From the IMG/VR virus record IMGVR_UViG_2929701070_000001, positions 57,042 through 121,041 of that record: DNA of 64,000 nucleotides. The stretch is one strand, 5' to 3'. Of this stretch, positions 33,832-43,428 are shown in pieces. This stretch comes from a virus (Duplodnaviria > Caudoviricetes). The stretch's first letter is position 1; each line of letters begins with the position of its first letter. A program made the position numbers and the translations under genes. The notes beneath the pieces were generated by a model, which was not told the DNA's origin, ran no database searches, and saw only the letters and a list, made by a program, of their open reading frames with translations.

Positions 33832-34779
33832 CTACCGCCGCAACAGTTCGGCGACCTGCTCGGGGCTGCGGGCATCCCGCTGCTCGCCTGCCTGCCCGGC
33901 GACGAGTTCCGCCACCTCCGTCTCGCTGTACATCTGCCCACAGTTGCCGCACTCGGCGTACTCCTCGCCGCCCTCACGGGCCAGCCGCGACACCTCCCGG
34001 CACTTGCCGCAGGCGACACCGATCCACCGACGCGGTGCCGGGTCGGTGTCGCCGACGGCGCCGCGCAGCCAGCCCCGCAACTCCCACAGTTCCGCTGCGG
34101 TGGCCGCAATGCTGGGATGCCGGTCGCAGGCGTCTTGGATGCGTGTTCCGGGCGTGTCGTCGGTGGAGCCGGCGCGGATCCACGCCACCAGTTCGGGGAC
34201 GGTGGCGACGGGCAGATGCTGGTCGGGCCACAGGGTGTCCCGCCAGTCCCTGACGATTTCGTAGAGGCGGGAGGCGACGGACAGGTGGCCGATCTGGTCG
34301 CCGGGCCACTGCCGGGCAACGTCGGTGGGGTTGGGTACGCGGGCGGGTGCGGTCAGGTCGACGGTGTCTAGGTTGATCGGCACGGATCGTTGTCGGCTGC
34401 CGGACACGTGTGGCTGGTTGGTGCGGCCGGGGATGGCGCCGACGCCTCCGATGGGGGCGAGCGGGTCAGCCCAGCGGGTTTCGCGTCTGCCCTGCTGGTC
34501 GAGCACCTGGTAGCGGCGTCGGTCGGCTTCCACGGGTTCCGGGTTCAGTAGCCGCTCGTGCAGCCCGTACAGGTCGCGGATCATCAGGTCGAACCGCTGT
34601 CGGCAGCCTTCACACACCGGCGGGTGTTCCGGCTGCCGGGCAGCGAGGTTGGGTCGGAAAACGTCGCAGAGGTCGCAGAGGGTTCGGCCGCAGCCGGCCG
34701 ACCCGCATCCGCCGGGTGTGGTGCAGGCAGCGTCTAAGCCGCCGGTGTGGCAGCCGCAGTTCGTGGGGCAGGCCGGCAT
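33832..34779 (-). CDS. Zn-finger protein, possible late-gene regulator
   Basis: multiple CxxC pairs; last gene of the early arm. Confidence 0.55.
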   Translation of the reverse strand: MPACPTNCGCHTGGLDAACTTPGGCGSAGCGRTLCDLCDVFRPNLAARQPEHPPVCEGCRQRFDLMIRDLYGLHERLLNPEPVEADRRRYQVLDQQGRRETRWADPLAPIGGVGAIPGRTNQPHVSGSRQRSVPINLDTVDLTAPARVPNPTDVARQWPGDQIGHLSVASRLYEIVRDWRDTLWPDQHLPVATVPELVAWIRAGSTDDTPGTRIQDACDRHPSIAATAAELWELRGWLRGAVGDTDPAPRRWIGVACGKCREVSRLAREGGEEYAECGNCGQMYSETEVAELVAGQAGEQRDARSPEQVAELLRR

Positions 34780-34887
34780 GGTGGTCGTTCTCCGTTCACG
34801 GTGGGTACGCTGACGGGGAACTTCGCGGGGGTCGCGAGGGGGCACGGTAGGCGGCGGTCGGATGGGCAGTCCGACCGCCGCCGTCGT

Positions 34888-35958
34888 CTATCTGCGCCGA
34901 CGGCGCCGGCCGTCGAGCCGGTCCTTCGGCGGGCCGGTGTTGCGCCGCTTCTTCGCTTCGATCGCCCGCAACATCGGGTCGTCCAGCGGCTCATCCCGTT
35001 CCGGTGCGGCGGGGCAGCGAGCGAAGTCGACTCCCTCCCGCAGCCCGTGCTCGGCCAGGATGGCGGCCTCGCGGCCGTTCACCAGCGGGCGGAAGCCGAG
35101 CCGCACGAACTGCGCTTGCACGGCGGCCGACACGCCGAACCGGCGCGGCTGGCTGACCTGCATCGCCATTATCTGCTCGACCATGTCTCGCTGCCAGGCG
35201 GACAACTGCCCGCCCCACTGCCGCAAGAACTGCTCTGCCGCTTCGGCTACAGGCCGGAGGCTTTCCCGCGACGCCCGGACGACAGCGGCGAGGCTGCCCG
35301 CTGACACGTCCACAGCATGCACCGGCTGGTTGTGGAAGGCGCGGCGCGCTCGGGTGATGGCCGGACGGTACCCTGCCAGTTCGGCCATCAGTTCGTCGCT
35401 GGACGGGCGAACAACCACCACGGCCTGGCCGTGCGAGAGCGCAGCGGCCATCACGTCGGCCCACGGGTCTTCGGTCTCATCGATGTATCCCACGTCGGAC
35501 CAGCCCGCCCACGGGTCGTAACCCTTCGCTGGGTCGGTCAGTTCCTGCTCCAGCCGCTGCCACGCCTCACGCACACGCCCGACCAGTTCGTCCGTGATCG
35601 GGTCCTGCCGGCCGCCTACGTTCGGGAGGTCGACGCCGACGAAGCGGTGGCCGTCGTCCAGCCGCAGATGCCACACCGCCGGGTCTGACGCCCGCTCGTA
35701 CACCTGCGCGTTGAAGCGGCCCGTGTAGCCGTGCGTTTCCGACCCGAGCGGGATCAGGTCGGTGTCATCAGAGGCCGTCACCAAGTCGGGCCGCCACCGC
35801 ATCGGCGTGGACAGCCAACCAGTGTCGCGTTCGTCGGTGTCGTTTGAGATGTGGGTGGGTTCGCAGTCCGACCCGCAGTACGCCGACCCTTCCCGCGGTT
35901 CGGCGCCGCACGGGCATAGCCCGTCGATCGCCCGGTCGATCTGGTCGAGAAGACTCAT
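34888..35958 (-). CDS. hypothetical protein (N-terminal Zn ribbon)
   Basis: CPCG...YC..DC.P; 356 aa. Confidence 0.65.
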   Translation of the reverse strand: MSLLDQIDRAIDGLCPCGAEPREGSAYCGSDCEPTHISNDTDERDTGWLSTPMRWRPDLVTASDDTDLIPLGSETHGYTGRFNAQVYERASDPAVWHLRLDDGHRFVGVDLPNVGGRQDPITDELVGRVREAWQRLEQELTDPAKGYDPWAGWSDVGYIDETEDPWADVMAAALSHGQAVVVVRPSSDELMAELAGYRPAITRARRAFHNQPVHAVDVSAGSLAAVVRASRESLRPVAEAAEQFLRQWGGQLSAWQRDMVEQIMAMQVSQPRRFGVSAAVQAQFVRLGFRPLVNGREAAILAEHGLREGVDFARCPAAPERDEPLDDPMLRAIEAKKRRNTGPPKDRLDGRRRRRR

Positions 35959-36239
35959 GCCTGCCCTCCGTGTGGTGACACCGCGTACATGATGCCTGAT
36001 GATCCCTCATCTATGAGGTGTTCGGGTTGGTTTGCCGCGTCGAACAGGTCCGGCCCGTCCTGCGCCGCGGCGGCGGGCTGGGCGATGCGCGGTTGCCGGG
36101 GTGGGATGAGTCCGCGCCGCCGCGCGCACTTCTCCCCAAACCCTGGCCCGTACACCCGCCCTGTCGGGACCGGCCGGTGGCAGCAGGAGCATTGGCGGGG
36201 GAGTGCGCCCGGCAGCAGCGGCTCCGTCATTGCGTCCAT
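35955..36239 (-). CDS. DUF6011-like small Zn-finger protein
   Basis: C..C.RP...G.G..CA motif; start may be 36230. Confidence 0.55.
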   Translation of the reverse strand: MDAMTEPLLPGALPRQCSCCHRPVPTGRVYGPGFGEKCARRRGLIPPRQPRIAQPAAAAQDGPDLFDAANQPEHLIDEGSSGIMYAVSPHGGQA

Positions 36240-36242
36240 CCG

Positions 36243-36611
36243 TCAAACCGGTGCGGTCGCCCAGGGGCCAACGGCGCGGTAGACGACCTCACCGCCGAGT
36301 TCCGCTGCACGCTGCCGCGCACCGGCTTCGGTGAAGCTGCCGCCGTCCACGAACCCGTCTGGGTAGCGCACCGACCACTGGTGGGCGATGACCGGGGCGA
36401 GTCCTTGTCCGCGCTCGACAAGGGTGTTCAGTACGTCGCGTGCCTGGACCTCGTATGCCCGACGCGTCTCGGGCAGCATGTCCAGCCAGCGGGCGTGCAT
36501 CGGTGGCGTGCGCAGGTGTGCGTGATTGGCTACGAGACGACGTTGTTCAGCGTCGAACAGGGCGCGGGCGGCCATCTCCACGTCGGCGTCGGTGTAGGCG
36601 GGTTGAGTCAC
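36243..36611 (-). CDS. hypothetical protein
   Basis: coupled ORF in early operon. Confidence 0.6.
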   Translation of the reverse strand: MTQPAYTDADVEMAARALFDAEQRRLVANHAHLRTPPMHARWLDMLPETRRAYEVQARDVLNTLVERGQGLAPVIAHQWSVRYPDGFVDGGSFTEAGARQRAAELGGEVVYRAVGPWATAPV

Positions 36612-37042
36612 GACGTCTCCTCAGCATTGGTCTGCGGGCTGGTTCGCGGTTTCACATCGCAGCCGTTGCGGCAGGTGCGTCCGTCGATCACCCAGCAGTG
36701 CGGGTTGAAGCAGCCAGGGCAGTCCTGCGGGGTGCAGATCCACGGCTGCTGCGACGGGCAGGCGGTGGCGGGTATGGCTGGCGCGGTGAGTGGGGTCGCT
36801 TGGTGCCGCTCACCGCGCACGACTGCGGTCGCCGGGCGTACGGTCACGAACCTTTGGGCATGCCACTGGTTGTGCAGGTCGGCGATGTGCTCCGCGATTT
36901 CCTGCGACCACACCATGTCGGCGGCCATCGGCCCCCCGTTGAGCGGCCCTTGCCCGTTGGGGGAGACAGCCCAGCCGCCGATCTCGTCGTTGGGCACGGC
37001 CGTCCACCGGGCGGTCAGGATGTCGCTGGATCGGTCAGCCAC
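36608..37042 (-). CDS. hypothetical protein
   Basis: IGGWAV..A.HI.DLHN; coupled ORF. Confidence 0.55.
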   Translation of the reverse strand: MADRSSDILTARWTAVPNDEIGGWAVSPNGQGPLNGGPMAADMVWSQEIAEHIADLHNQWHAQRFVTVRPATAVVRGERHQATPLTAPAIPATACPSQQPWICTPQDCPGCFNPHCWVIDGRTCRNGCDVKPRTSPQTNAEETS

Positions 37043-37319
37043 GGTCGGCCTCCTCAATGGGGGTGGGCGCGGTGGACAGGAACAGTCGGTAATGCGTCGC
37101 GGACATGCCACCCGGCAGGTGAGACGGAACGGGCACGATCAGCCCGGCGCCGTGGTGCTCCCGCATCACCTGAACGTCGGGGAACAGGTCGAGCACGTGG
37201 TCGGCGATGCGGTATGCCCATTCCTGCGGGCCCGTGCCGCAGCCACATTCGGCGTCATGCACCCGCGTAGCGATCAGGTCCCGCACCTGCCGTCGGGCGG
37301 CTTCGCTGGCGCTGGTCAC
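37035..37319 (-). CDS. hypothetical protein
   Basis: GTGA coupling. Confidence 0.5.
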   Translation of the reverse strand: MTSASEAARRQVRDLIATRVHDAECGCGTGPQEWAYRIADHVLDLFPDVQVMREHHGAGLIVPVPSHLPGGMSATHYRLFLSTAPTPIEEADRG

Positions 37320-38014
37320 CGGCCTGCCTCGCTCCGCGCCCGGTCGTACGCCGCGGTGAGGCACTGCTGGTCGTCGCACAGCCGCGCCCCGACGATCCCG
37401 TCGTCGGTGGTGGCTGGTTTCCCGCACACCGCGCACACCCGCTGGTTGGTGTTCGTGCAGCCGGCGGCGGTGCAGCGGGCCACGTCGCCGTCCCACTCGA
37501 CGGTGACGACGGGCCGCCCGTCCTCACCCTTGCGGTCGCTGTGTCCAGGCGTCGGGCACGCCCAGAACTTGACTCGGATCGAGCCGAGCGCTTCCAGGGC
37601 GGCGTCGATGGCGCGCACATCGTCGGCGCCGGTCGACTCTCCCGCCCGCTCCCACGGGGTGGTGTGCTGGTGTCGGCGTACGAGCTCGGCGGAGCCGCGC
37701 CAGCCGGGATCCTCGGCGCGCTTCTGCTCGTGCCACGCAATCCGGGCCAGCGCCCGCTCGCGGCCGGTGGGAACATCGGGCTCCTGCACGACGACGCTGT
37801 CCCGGAGCACCCGGGAAGCCCACTGCTCGACGGTGTCAGTGCCAGTCGGCAGCATGAGGCCGGCGTGGGCGATGGCGTCCACAGCGAGGAACGCGTACCT
37901 CTCGGCTTCCTGCACCGGCACGCCCGCCCACATGATGGCTTGCCGGGCGGCGGCAACAGCGTTGACACGGTTCCAGTCGATCGGGTCGGTGTCAGCGGCG
38001 GCCGGCTCGGTCAC
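37316..38014 (-). CDS. hypothetical protein with Cys-rich C-terminus
   Basis: GTGA coupling. Confidence 0.55.
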   Translation of the reverse strand: MTEPAAADTDPIDWNRVNAVAAARQAIMWAGVPVQEAERYAFLAVDAIAHAGLMLPTGTDTVEQWASRVLRDSVVVQEPDVPTGRERALARIAWHEQKRAEDPGWRGSAELVRRHQHTTPWERAGESTGADDVRAIDAALEALGSIRVKFWACPTPGHSDRKGEDGRPVVTVEWDGDVARCTAAGCTNTNQRVCAVCGKPATTDDGIVGARLCDDQQCLTAAYDRARSEAGR

Positions 38015-38211
38015 GGCTTCACCTCGGCGGTCGGGCGGTCGCCGGCCATCGCAAGGCCGAGTTGGAGCGTGTCGTGGAGTGTCTGTGCGCGGTGCGGGTC
38101 CTGCGGCGCCATCACGGTCAGGGCTGCTTCCACGCCCTTGAAGTCGCCGGCCGCGAGGGCGGCGCGGAAGATTCGTTCGCAGGTGTCGGGGTCAAACGGG
38201 TTGGTGGTCAC
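38011..38211 (-). CDS. hypothetical protein
   Basis: SD GAGGAG; coupled ORF. Confidence 0.5.
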   Translation of the reverse strand: MTTNPFDPDTCERIFRAALAAGDFKGVEAALTVMAPQDPHRAQTLHDTLQLGLAMAGDRPTAEVKP

Positions 38212-38836
38212 GGCGCGGCTCCTCGGGTGTGGTTGAGTGGTTGGTCTTCTTGCCGAGCAGGTACGCGAGCCGGTCGCGGCTCGGCATGGTCGTGGTCCGC
38301 GCTTCCGGGTTGATGAGGATGATGGACATCCGCCGGCGGTGCGCCTTCTGCACGGCGGAGAATGTGCCGCCGTCACGCTTCGACGGCTGCCACACCGCCA
38401 CGCACGCGTCAGCAGCCGGCAGGTTTCTCGCGGGGTCACCAGCGAGCATCCCGTCGTTGCGCTTGTGCAGCAGCACCGTCGCCAGCCGCCGACGGTCACT
38501 GTCCGCCGCCTCGTTCAGGTCGCCGTACACGACCTCGCCGGCGGCCATCCCCACCAGAGTCACCCATTCGGCTTGGGCGGCTTGCGGCCACCTGTCGGGC
38601 TGCTGCGGGTAAGGGATGTGCGCGATGAACGGCACGTCGATGCGGTGCAGGCTCCGCGCCCACCACTGGTCGGGGCCTAGCGCCATCCCCGTGTAGCCGC
38701 GTCCCATGGCGTGCTCGTCACGCAGCTTCACGGCGACCCGGTCAAGTTCGCCGCGCACCCACTCGTGTGTTTCCTTCCGCATGTGCTGGGGGCGGTGGCC
38801 GGTCACCATCACCGTCTCCCACACCGGCGCCGTCAC
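38192..38836 (-). CDS. SLOG-superfamily YspA/DUF1273-like protein
   Basis: VTGHRP, TGMALG.DQW.A, IPYP.Q..W, RND, GGT...V..A. Confidence 0.8.
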   Translation of the reverse strand: MTAPVWETVMVTGHRPQHMRKETHEWVRGELDRVAVKLRDEHAMGRGYTGMALGPDQWWARSLHRIDVPFIAHIPYPQQPDRWPQAAQAEWVTLVGMAAGEVVYGDLNEAADSDRRRLATVLLHKRNDGMLAGDPARNLPAADACVAVWQPSKRDGGTFSAVQKAHRRRMSIILINPEARTTTMPSRDRLAYLLGKKTNHSTTPEEPRRDHQPV

Positions 38837-39576
38837 GACGCACCCCCACTGATGACAGCGAACCGAGGCCGGGGCGTGACGGCGGTCGGCACCTCAGCGA
38901 GCGGCACGTCAGGCGACACAAAGAGACGAAGGTTCGGCCGCTCCCACGCCTCTACCTCCGGCGGCGGCGTCCAGTCCGGGTCCAGCGTCGACCACAGCTT
39001 CTGCCAGTCCAGACGGATGTGCCGGGCCAGCCGGCCACCCGTGTTCGCCGGAGGCTGCGGCACCTCCACCGCCGCACACGCCTCCTGGTTCGCCCGCTGC
39101 TGCTCCCAGTACCAGTTGGCGTGCTGACGGCACGCACCCACCGCGTGGCGGCGTCCGGTCTCCGGGTCCGTGAACAGCGACCCGATACTCTCCGGCTTCC
39201 CGCACGCCAGCTTCCGTGGTGTCGGAGCCCCGCACGGCGTCCGTTGGGCGGAGTAGCCCGGCTCCGCACGAAAGTCGTAGCGGCGAATGTCCTCCTTGAG
39301 TAACCCGGACACCCGCCAGGTGTTCGGGCCGGTCGTCTGCTCGTGCCGCACTCCGAACCCGCCCATCGCGGGGCGACTGCTCAGCGGGAACAGTGACCGT
39401 GCAGCGTCGGCAGCGTTCCAGCCGTTCTCGCCTTCCGGCGGGTCCTTGAGGATCGTGGCGCGGGCCAGCCACAGCCCGAGCAGCAGCAGGTTACCTGTGA
39501 TCTCAGGGTCGGCCATGAGCGCTGCCGTCACCCGGTTGTACTCGCGCAGTGCAGCGAACGTCGGCTCGGCTGTCAC
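38833..39576 (-). CDS. hypothetical protein
   Basis: DIRRY; C..P...C; C..H; N.GG.LARH; coupled ORF. Confidence 0.6.
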   Translation of the reverse strand: MTAEPTFAALREYNRVTAALMADPEITGNLLLLGLWLARATILKDPPEGENGWNAADAARSLFPLSSRPAMGGFGVRHEQTTGPNTWRVSGLLKEDIRRYDFRAEPGYSAQRTPCGAPTPRKLACGKPESIGSLFTDPETGRRHAVGACRQHANWYWEQQRANQEACAAVEVPQPPANTGGRLARHIRLDWQKLWSTLDPDWTPPPEVEAWERPNLRLFVSPDVPLAEVPTAVTPRPRFAVISGGAS

Positions 39577-39842
39577 CCGGCCACCTCCATCGCGTGCAGG
39601 TTGAGCGCGTGCCGGGCCGCCTCACCGCGGCGCCACGCGTCCCGCAGGTCCGCCTTCACCGCAGCCAGGTCGTCTGCGAACTCCGGCGCCGTGTCGTCCA
39701 CCGGCACCATCAGCCCGCCCCGGCCCGGCCGATCGTCCGGCCAGCCCATCCGCACATGCCCCCGTCCACGGCCGGCAACCTTGAACCCGCACGCCTCCAT
39801 CGCGGCCACCAGCCGCTGCCCGTCGTTCTCGATGTCGCTCAC
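39573..39842 (-). CDS. hypothetical protein
   Basis: GTGA coupling. Confidence 0.55.
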   Translation of the reverse strand: MSDIENDGQRLVAAMEACGFKVAGRGRGHVRMGWPDDRPGRGGLMVPVDDTAPEFADDLAAVKADLRDAWRRGEAARHALNLHAMEVAG

Positions 39843-40039
39843 GCGGCGAACCTCCGCTCGATGTAGCTGCGGTTGGTGGGGAACACCAGCACCTTCCCCG
39901 CATACCCGACGTGTTCCTCAGCCGACTCACGGTGCTGGCCGCACACGTAGCGGGTCATCCCGTCGCCCGGGTACACGCCGGCGGTCACCTCCCACTGGGC
40001 GACGGCGCCGGTGGCCTGCCCGCAGTAGTCACAGTCCAC
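39839..40039 (-). CDS. small Zn-binding hypothetical protein
   Basis: SD GAGGAGG; CDYC...C..H. Confidence 0.55.
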   Translation of the reverse strand: MDCDYCGQATGAVAQWEVTAGVYPGDGMTRYVCGQHRESAEEHVGYAGKVLVFPTNRSYIERRFAA

Positions 40040-40048
40040 GGGTCCTCC

Positions 40049-41443
40049 TCACACGATGGCCATGTCAACGAACCGGGACAGGTGCAGCTGGGCCGCCACG
40101 GTGACCGTGTCGGTGGGCCCGTTCCTGTGTTTGGCGACGATGAAGTCCGCCTCGCCGGCGCGGGAGGACTCCTTGTCGTAGTAGTCGTCGCGGTGCAGCA
40201 GGATGACCACGTCGGCGTCCTGCTCTAGCGATCCCGACTCGCGAAGATCACTGAGCTGGGGGCGCTTGTCGGTGCGCTGCTCCGGCCCGCGGTTCAACTG
40301 GCACACCGCGATGACCGGGCACTCAACCTCTTTGGCGAGCAGCTTCAACCCGCGCGACAGGTCCGACACCGCCTGCTGCCGCGACTCCGCCTTCGGCACC
40401 GTCATCAGCTGGAGGTAATCGACCACAATCAGCTTGAGGTCGTGGCGACGCTTGAGTCGCATCGCCTTCGACCGGATCTGCATCAGGTTCATCGACGGCG
40501 TGTCGTCCACGAACAGCGGTGCCTCGGCGATTTCACCCATGCAGCGGGCCAGCCGCGTCCAGTCGTCGTCGGACAGGTTGCCCGAGCGAAGCACGTGCAG
40601 CGGGACTCGGGCTTCCGCGGACAGAACCCGCATCATTATCTCGACCTTGCTCATCTCCAGCGAGAACACCACAGACGCGTCTTTCGCCCGGATCGTCGCG
40701 TTGCGGACGAAGTCGAGGCTGGCCGTTGATTTTCCAAGTCCCGGCCGTCCCGCCACGATCACCAACTGCCCTGGGCTAAGCCCATTGAGCAGCCGATCCA
40801 AGTCCGTGAACCCGGTCGGCACGCCGGTCATCTCGCCCTTGCGGTCACCGATCGCCTCGATTTCGTCCAAGGTCGGTTGGAGCATGTCGGCCATCACCGC
40901 GACGTCGTCGCCGACGGCCCGCTCGGTCACTTCCAGCACCGCCTGCTGCGACAACTGGACGATGTCCGTGACGTTCCGCCCTGCGGGCAGCGCGTCAGCG
41001 GATCCGTATCCCAGCTGCACGATCCGCATGCCTGCCTCGATCAGCCGCCGCAGCGTCGCCTTCTCCGCCACACTGCGGGCGTAGTAGGCGGCGTTCGCTG
41101 CGGTCGGCACCATCTCGATCAGGGTGTGCAGGTACGGCAGGCCGCCAACCCGGGCCAGGTCACCGGAGTCCATGAGTGAGGTGTGAACGGCCACGATGTC
41201 GACGGGGACGCCCGTGTTGTACAGCCGCACGATCGTGTCGAAGATCGGGCCGTGCACCGGCCGGTAGAAGTCTTCGGTTTTCAGGATCTCCGCCACGTCA
41301 CCGCACGCGTCCTTTGACAGCATCATGCCGCCGAGCACCGCCTGCTCCGCCGGGATGTCACACGGCGGCCGGCGGTTGAACTGGCCGTCTTCGTCGGATC
41401 GGCGCGGCATCGGCACGACCTCAGCCACGGGGGCGGCCGTCAC
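40049..41443 (-). CDS. dnaB: replicative DNA helicase DnaB
   Basis: AEQAVLG, AGRPGLGKS, FSLEM, DYLQL, QLNRGPEQR, DLRESGSLEQDAD, KHRNGP. Confidence 0.97.
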   Translation of the reverse strand: MTAAPVAEVVPMPRRSDEDGQFNRRPPCDIPAEQAVLGGMMLSKDACGDVAEILKTEDFYRPVHGPIFDTIVRLYNTGVPVDIVAVHTSLMDSGDLARVGGLPYLHTLIEMVPTAANAAYYARSVAEKATLRRLIEAGMRIVQLGYGSADALPAGRNVTDIVQLSQQAVLEVTERAVGDDVAVMADMLQPTLDEIEAIGDRKGEMTGVPTGFTDLDRLLNGLSPGQLVIVAGRPGLGKSTASLDFVRNATIRAKDASVVFSLEMSKVEIMMRVLSAEARVPLHVLRSGNLSDDDWTRLARCMGEIAEAPLFVDDTPSMNLMQIRSKAMRLKRRHDLKLIVVDYLQLMTVPKAESRQQAVSDLSRGLKLLAKEVECPVIAVCQLNRGPEQRTDKRPQLSDLRESGSLEQDADVVILLHRDDYYDKESSRAGEADFIVAKHRNGPTDTVTVAAQLHLSRFVDMAIV

Positions 41444-41886
41444 GACTGTCCCTCCGGGTCCAGCTCAGCGTCGGCGGCACCAGCCGTCAGTTCCCGCAAC
41501 TGCTGAAACGCCGACGGCAGGGACTCTTGCCGGGCCGCGATCGTCGCGATCAGCGGTTCCAGGATCTGCCGCGCCTGCGCGCCGCCGCGCGCCAGCCGCA
41601 CCTGACGGTTCATGTCTTCCTCGAACTTCGACGGCAACGCTGCCGTTGCCGTCCGCTGCTCCAGGCGGCGCTGCTCCTCTCGGATCTGCTTGACGATCGC
41701 GCGGACATGCGCGGGCATGATCCGCTCGGTGGAGTCTCGGTAGTGGCGGCGCACCGCCTCGCTGGCTTCCTCGAAGTCCAGGTCGCCGATGACCGCGTAC
41801 CAAGCCACGGCGTCGTGCTTGCTGGTCTCCCGGTAGTCGTACAGGGCGCAGGTGCCCAGCAGGCGGGCCACATCTCCCGGCGTCAC
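41440..41886 (-). CDS. helicase loader/inhibitor-like protein (G39P N-terminal-like)
   Basis: A.LL..CA.YD.R...AW...L...A..AV..HY....IMPA; between initiator and dnaB. Confidence 0.65.
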   Translation of the reverse strand: MTPGDVARLLGTCALYDYRETSKHDAVAWYAVIGDLDFEEASEAVRRHYRDSTERIMPAHVRAIVKQIREEQRRLEQRTATAALPSKFEEDMNRQVRLARGGAQARQILEPLIATIAARQESLPSAFQQLRELTAGAADAELDPEGQS

Positions 41887-42083
41887 TGGACACCACCTAC
41901 CACATGCGCCGGCATGATCCGGTCGGTGGACTCGGCGTAATGACGGGTTACTGCCTTCACCGCGTCGATGTAGTCCAGGTGGCCGACCACCTTGAACCAG
42001 GCATCCACGTCGGACGCCCCGACCTGTCGGTAGTCGTACAGAGCGCAGATGTCGAGCAAGCGGGCAACATCTCCTAAGCTCAC
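41883..42083 (-). CDS. short paralog of the loader-like domain
   Basis: aligns without gaps over ~60 aa to the N-terminus of the downstream gene; GTGA coupling on both sides. Confidence 0.65.
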   Translation of the reverse strand: MSLGDVARLLDICALYDYRQVGASDVDAWFKVVGHLDYIDAVKAVTRHYAESTDRIMPAHVVGGVQ

Positions 42084-43084
42084 CGGACACCTCCGTTCGC
42101 GAGTTCGGCGTCGAGTTCGTCGGCAATCTCGTGGGCGCGCAGGAACTTGCGCTCACCCGCCGACTGGCGCGGCTGCGTGTCGCGGACGGCCACGCCGTTG
42201 CGGTCCGGGTAGCCGGCCGGCGGGCCGCTGCGGTGACCCTGAATCGCAACCTCGTTGCCGGGTCTCGACGGGCCGCGGTCGTCGTAGGCGCGTCGCATCC
42301 AGTTGCGGAACACGGCAGGCCAGTCCTTCCTGACGGCCTTTTGTCCCGTCTGGGAACGCCAGTAGTCGCGGAACCTCAAGAACTCGCGGTCGATGTCGAA
42401 GCCGGGGATCTCCTCGGCGGCCCAGCCGCGCATCTCCCTGGAGATGCCGAACTGCTCGGGGATGCGGGTGCCGCGGTCGGTCTCGGCCTTCTGCTTCTTG
42501 GTCGTTGCGGACGTCGGAGCCAAAGGCGGAGCGTCGAACAGAACCTCCGGAGGAGGTTCTGTTGTGCCGGGTACGGGTACGGGTACGGGGCTCACGCCAG
42601 CAGGCGACAAGTTGCTGTCGATGCTCACGCCGTTTGCTTCACCTTGCTTGGATTGACGTCGCTTCGCCGCGCTGACCTGACCGCCACGACGGCCCGCAGC
42701 CCGGCGCTTCTCAGACAGCTCCGCCGGAGTGCCAGGCGTCGCCCGGTCTCGGGCCGGAGCCCGGTATTCCTTCGCGTTGTGGAACACGTACCCCGCCGCG
42801 TCCTCCGGCAGGTCCGCATACTCCACGGCACACTCGGCGCACATGGCGCTTCGCTCGTGCCACAGGCCCCAGCGGACCAGCGCCGTCGCCCACCGCGAGC
42901 CCAGCTCCCGGTCACACAGCAGCGTCGCCGGCTGGTGTGCGGGGACGTATCCCTTCCACTTCTTCTGCTTGTTCGTCCAGGTGTTCGCCAGCACATGCAG
43001 CGACAGCGCGCCCGGGTCCTCGAACACGACGGCGGTGACCTTCGGGTTGGTGTCGAAGTTGTCGTCGTACCGGACCCACGCCAT
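42080..43084 (-). CDS. replication initiator protein
   Basis: MAW.R.DD.F..NPK N-terminus; PVPVPVP linker; F.DYW...KDW.A.FRNW C-terminal domain. Confidence 0.75.
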   Translation of the reverse strand: MAWVRYDDNFDTNPKVTAVVFEDPGALSLHVLANTWTNKQKKWKGYVPAHQPATLLCDRELGSRWATALVRWGLWHERSAMCAECAVEYADLPEDAAGYVFHNAKEYRAPARDRATPGTPAELSEKRRAAGRRGGQVSAAKRRQSKQGEANGVSIDSNLSPAGVSPVPVPVPGTTEPPPEVLFDAPPLAPTSATTKKQKAETDRGTRIPEQFGISREMRGWAAEEIPGFDIDREFLRFRDYWRSQTGQKAVRKDWPAVFRNWMRRAYDDRGPSRPGNEVAIQGHRSGPPAGYPDRNGVAVRDTQPRQSAGERKFLRAHEIADELDAELANGGVR

Positions 43085-43179
43085 CAGAGCGACACCACCC
43101 GGCGAGGGTGGGCCTGCTGGACTTCCCAGGTCTTGCTGCGGTCGACCATTGCGCGTGTCTCCAGGTGATCGGGGGGCCG

Positions 43180-43386
43180 CTAGGCGGCGTTGGGCGAGTC
43201 CGTTCCGATCTCGTCCCACCGCTCCGGCGGGGTGGGGGCCGGGCTGGCGGCGATCTTCGGCACGTACGCCTCCAGGGCGTCGGTGACGAGCCGGGAGAAG
43301 CTGATGTCGTGGGCGCTGGCGACGCGCTCGGCGGCCTCCACGAGCGGCTTCTTCCGCTTCGAGTAGTAGAGCTGCTTGACGGGCAC
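43180..43386 (-). CDS. ribbon-helix-helix DNA-binding protein
   Basis: KQLYY strand, then A...A....SFS.LV.DAL..Y; SD GGAGG. Confidence 0.65.
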   Translation of the reverse strand: MPVKQLYYSKRKKPLVEAAERVASAHDISFSRLVTDALEAYVPKIAASPAPTPPERWDEIGTDSPNAA

Positions 43387-43428
43387 GGTTCCTCCATAGC
43401 TCATGCATGGCGTGTGTGGATACGATCA

